Positions 61,238 to 64,000 of a DNA stretch of 64,000 nucleotides are shown here, in pieces. The stretch is taken from positions 186,001 to 250,000 of the forward strand of contig JBEWZL010000048.1 in NCBI GenBank assembly GCA_045837725.1, in the 5' to 3' direction. Below the pieces are notes generated by a model, which searched no databases, was not told where the DNA came from, and saw nothing but the letters and a program-made list of their open reading frames with translations. The DNA comes from Vermamoeba vermiformis. Lineage: Eukaryota. Made by a program: the position numbers and the translations under genes. Position 1 is the first letter of the stretch, and each line of letters starts with the position of its first letter.

Positions 61238-64000
61238 ATGAAGCGCGCTCTATCCCCCACGGACGCGAATCCAGCTCCACCAGCCAAGCGTTTGAAGCTG
61301 AGCACGAACAGCGATGACAATAGCAGCACAGACAATAATAACACTAGTCCTAATAACACCAGTGCTTCCAGTGGCAGATCTGACACCTCACCATTCTTCA
61401 AAGGCAGCTCACAGCCGTCTCAGTCACCATTCAAGCCCAAATCCTTCAACCTATCATATAGCAGCACTCCCGTTAAAAAATTGAGCAATATTACTCTACA
61501 AACAAGCTCTGGCCAGGTCAAATCCGAACCTGAAAAAGTTGCAAATGACACAAAAAATGTTTCAGTAATTAATGGCGATACTAAGAAAATAGGCACAAAT
61601 AATGGTACAAGTAATCACGACATTGACGAACAAGTAAGCAGATTTGTAGTTTTTCTGAGAATCTTTTATGCTTACACATGTTAGGTCAAATTGATTATGC
61701 AAGACATTACTCCTGAAATGTTAGAAGACGATTTTCAAATCCCACCAGGTAATATTAGCGCATACCGGTAAATATCTTGCTGATCGCGATCGACGAACTA
61801 GATCCCGCTCCTCAACCGCCTGCAGCGAAGAAACAAGCAGTAGTAGAAGTGAAGCCATCGAGTGAGAGCAACAAAATGAAGCAGTCCAAGCTCGATTTCT
61901 CCAAAGCCAAGCCCAAGCCAGTGTCGCCAGTCACTGAAACCAAATCCGTCTCTGTCTCAAAATCACCCAAAGCTGCGCCAGTAGTACACGAAGAAGACGA
62001 GGACTACGAGGGCGAGGAAGAAGGCGAGCCTGAGGATGACAAACCGCTCTCTAAGAGTGGCAACAAAATGCTGGACAAGTTTCACGACATGTCCGTCAAA
62101 GAGCGACGGAGAATGGTAAGCCACTATTGTACCATTGGTCTATCGATCGTAACACGTGCACCAGCAAAAACAAGAGTCGTGGAAGCAGAAGAACAAGCAC
62201 AAGTACGCGTTCTTGGAGCAGATCATGGACGAGAACAAGAACCCCAAGGGCAGTCCCAACTATGACCCGCGCACGCTGTACATCCCCGCACAGGCCTATG
62301 CCAACATGACGCCCTTCGAGAAGCAGTACTGGGACATCAAGCGCAATCACTTCGACACGGTGATCTTCTTCAAGAAGGGCATGTTCTACGAACTGTTCGA
62401 GACTGACGCCGAGATTGGTCACCGCGAGCTCGATCTCAAGATGACTGATCGCGTCAACATGCGCATGGTCGGACTGCCTGCAAAGCACTTCACGCATTGG
62501 GCTGCAAAGTTGATTGCCCTCGGCTACAAAGTGGCTAAAGTCGAGCAGTTAGAGACACCACTCGCGATGGCTAAGCGTCAAGGTGTCAAAGGAGCACGTG
62601 ACGTGAAAGATGTCGTGTTGAAGCGCGAACTGACACTCATCATGACACCTGCCACGATAGTCGATGAGAGTCTGCTCTCCACTCCTCAGGCGACGTACTT
62701 GCTCGCGCTCAAGGTCAGTAATTGACACCTGTCACGCGCGATTAACATGTTGACACCTGTCAGGAGGACATTGAGCGCATTCACTACGGCATTTGTCTCG
62801 TGGACACGGCCACTGGTGAGTTCAAATTGGGGCACTTCGAGGTGAGTGTTTGACACTTGGCATTGACACGTGTCACTCACGCCATGTGTTAGGATGACAA
62901 AGCACGCACGCAGTTCCAGACAATGTTGTTTCAAACTCGTCCGCGCGAAGTGGTGTTCGAGAAGGGTGCGCTGAGTGCTGTGACCATCAAACTGTTGCGC
63001 CAACAGCTCAGTCACGTGATCTTCACGCCACTCAATGCCAAGCAGTGTTGGGATGCACAGACCACACTGGACAAGTTGACATTTGAGTCGTACTTCTACC
63101 AGGGCACTGTCACTGACTACGACAAGGGTATGCGATTGCCGTTCATGAATAGATCTAATTGCCTTATTTAGTAAAAGAGAATTGGCCGACAGTGCTCACA
63201 CAGTTCAAAGACAACACGCACGTGATTACCGCACTTGGCACGTGCATCGCTTATTTGAATGAGGCACGTGACCTATTATAAGCGCATATTCAATGCTAAC
63301 CTATTTTTAGCTCAAAATCGATCAACAGCTCGTGTCGCTGAAGAATTTCGGTGAATATAATGTGCTGGGCGAGGCGGAACATTTAATTCTAGACGGCAAG
63401 AGCTTGTTCAATTTGGAGATTGTCGGTACGTATCACCCGCGCGTTATTTCCTAAAAAGGTAATTGATCTGTCGCAGAGAACAATCACGACTTGACAGCTG
63501 AAGGCACACTGCTGCACGTGATCGATGATTGCCGCACCGCTTTTGGTAAGACGTCGCCATCACCGATACACGATTAATGTCCAAATTAGGCAAGCGCTTG
63601 TTGAAGCAGTGGCTGTGTCATCCACTCAAAGACATCAACGCCATCAACGATCGCTTGAATGCTGTCGCGGATCTGATCGCAGCGGATGATCTCGCTGGTA
63701 TGTGGCACATAACGGTGCTGGCATTGAGCTCACCTTCCTAATTTAGAAAATATGCGGAAAAATTTGAAGAAGTTGCCCGATCTCCAGCGCACAATCTCGC
63801 GCATTCACGCAGGTCACGTGACACTGGCTGAGTTTGTGACAGTGCTGGACGCATTTGAGCACATTCACGTACGTACTTGCCTAATTAGGAAAGACGAGTG
63901 CTGATCTAATTTTAGAACTTCATGACGGAGATTCAAAGTCACGTTGAAGAATTCAGTTCTGTCACGCTGAAGCATATTACCAAATTAGGAGAAGGCATGC
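61238..64000 (+). CDS. MSH6: DNA mismatch repair protein MSH6 (runs off the window)
   Basis: [64 protein letters not shown]. Confidence 0.93.

Noticed and set aside
21969-64000. Functional cluster of DNA repair/replication genes (RFC4, XRCC2, SMARCAL1-like, POLE4-like, MSH6)
   Set aside because: They are interspersed with unrelated housekeeping genes, which is compatible with chance in a compact genome.

Overview
Gene-dense, intron-containing eukaryotic DNA in the standard genetic code, most likely from a non-opisthokont protist (it has a mitochondrial complex I gamma-carbonic anhydrase and a NUXM-type subunit). About 33 protein-coding genes are packed 50-400 bp apart, often head-to-head. 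Internal introns are mostly ~40-60 nt, and the 5' introns are longer and AT-rich. Recognisable genes include ZFC3H1, MON1, a GST, RFC4, TAM41, XRCC2, AFG1, an NDK, a SMARCAL1-like helicase, gamma-CA, NOP9, XRN2, WBP11, NMNAT, RPAP2, MMAB, PFDN4, COQ7 and MSH6. Four things stand out. (1) Gene bodies, both exons and tiny introns, are saturated with a few mostly palindromic words matching transcription-factor sites (CACGTG, TGACA-NN-TGTCA, CC(W)6GG, CTA(W)4TAG, plus GCCCTGGT), enough to bias protein sequence and to overlap GC-AG splice donors. (2) A P-type-ATPase-derived gene lacks all transmembrane segments and catalytic motifs but ends in a CaaX box. (3) A 2.7-kb CpG-depleted, motif-free island carries tandem and inverted repeats and three isolated tRNA-type B-boxes. 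(4) There is a stand-alone RFTS-domain protein and a dsRBD-like/FKBP/TPR fusion. Exon boundaries and motif counts were read by eye and are approximate; no database searches were run.
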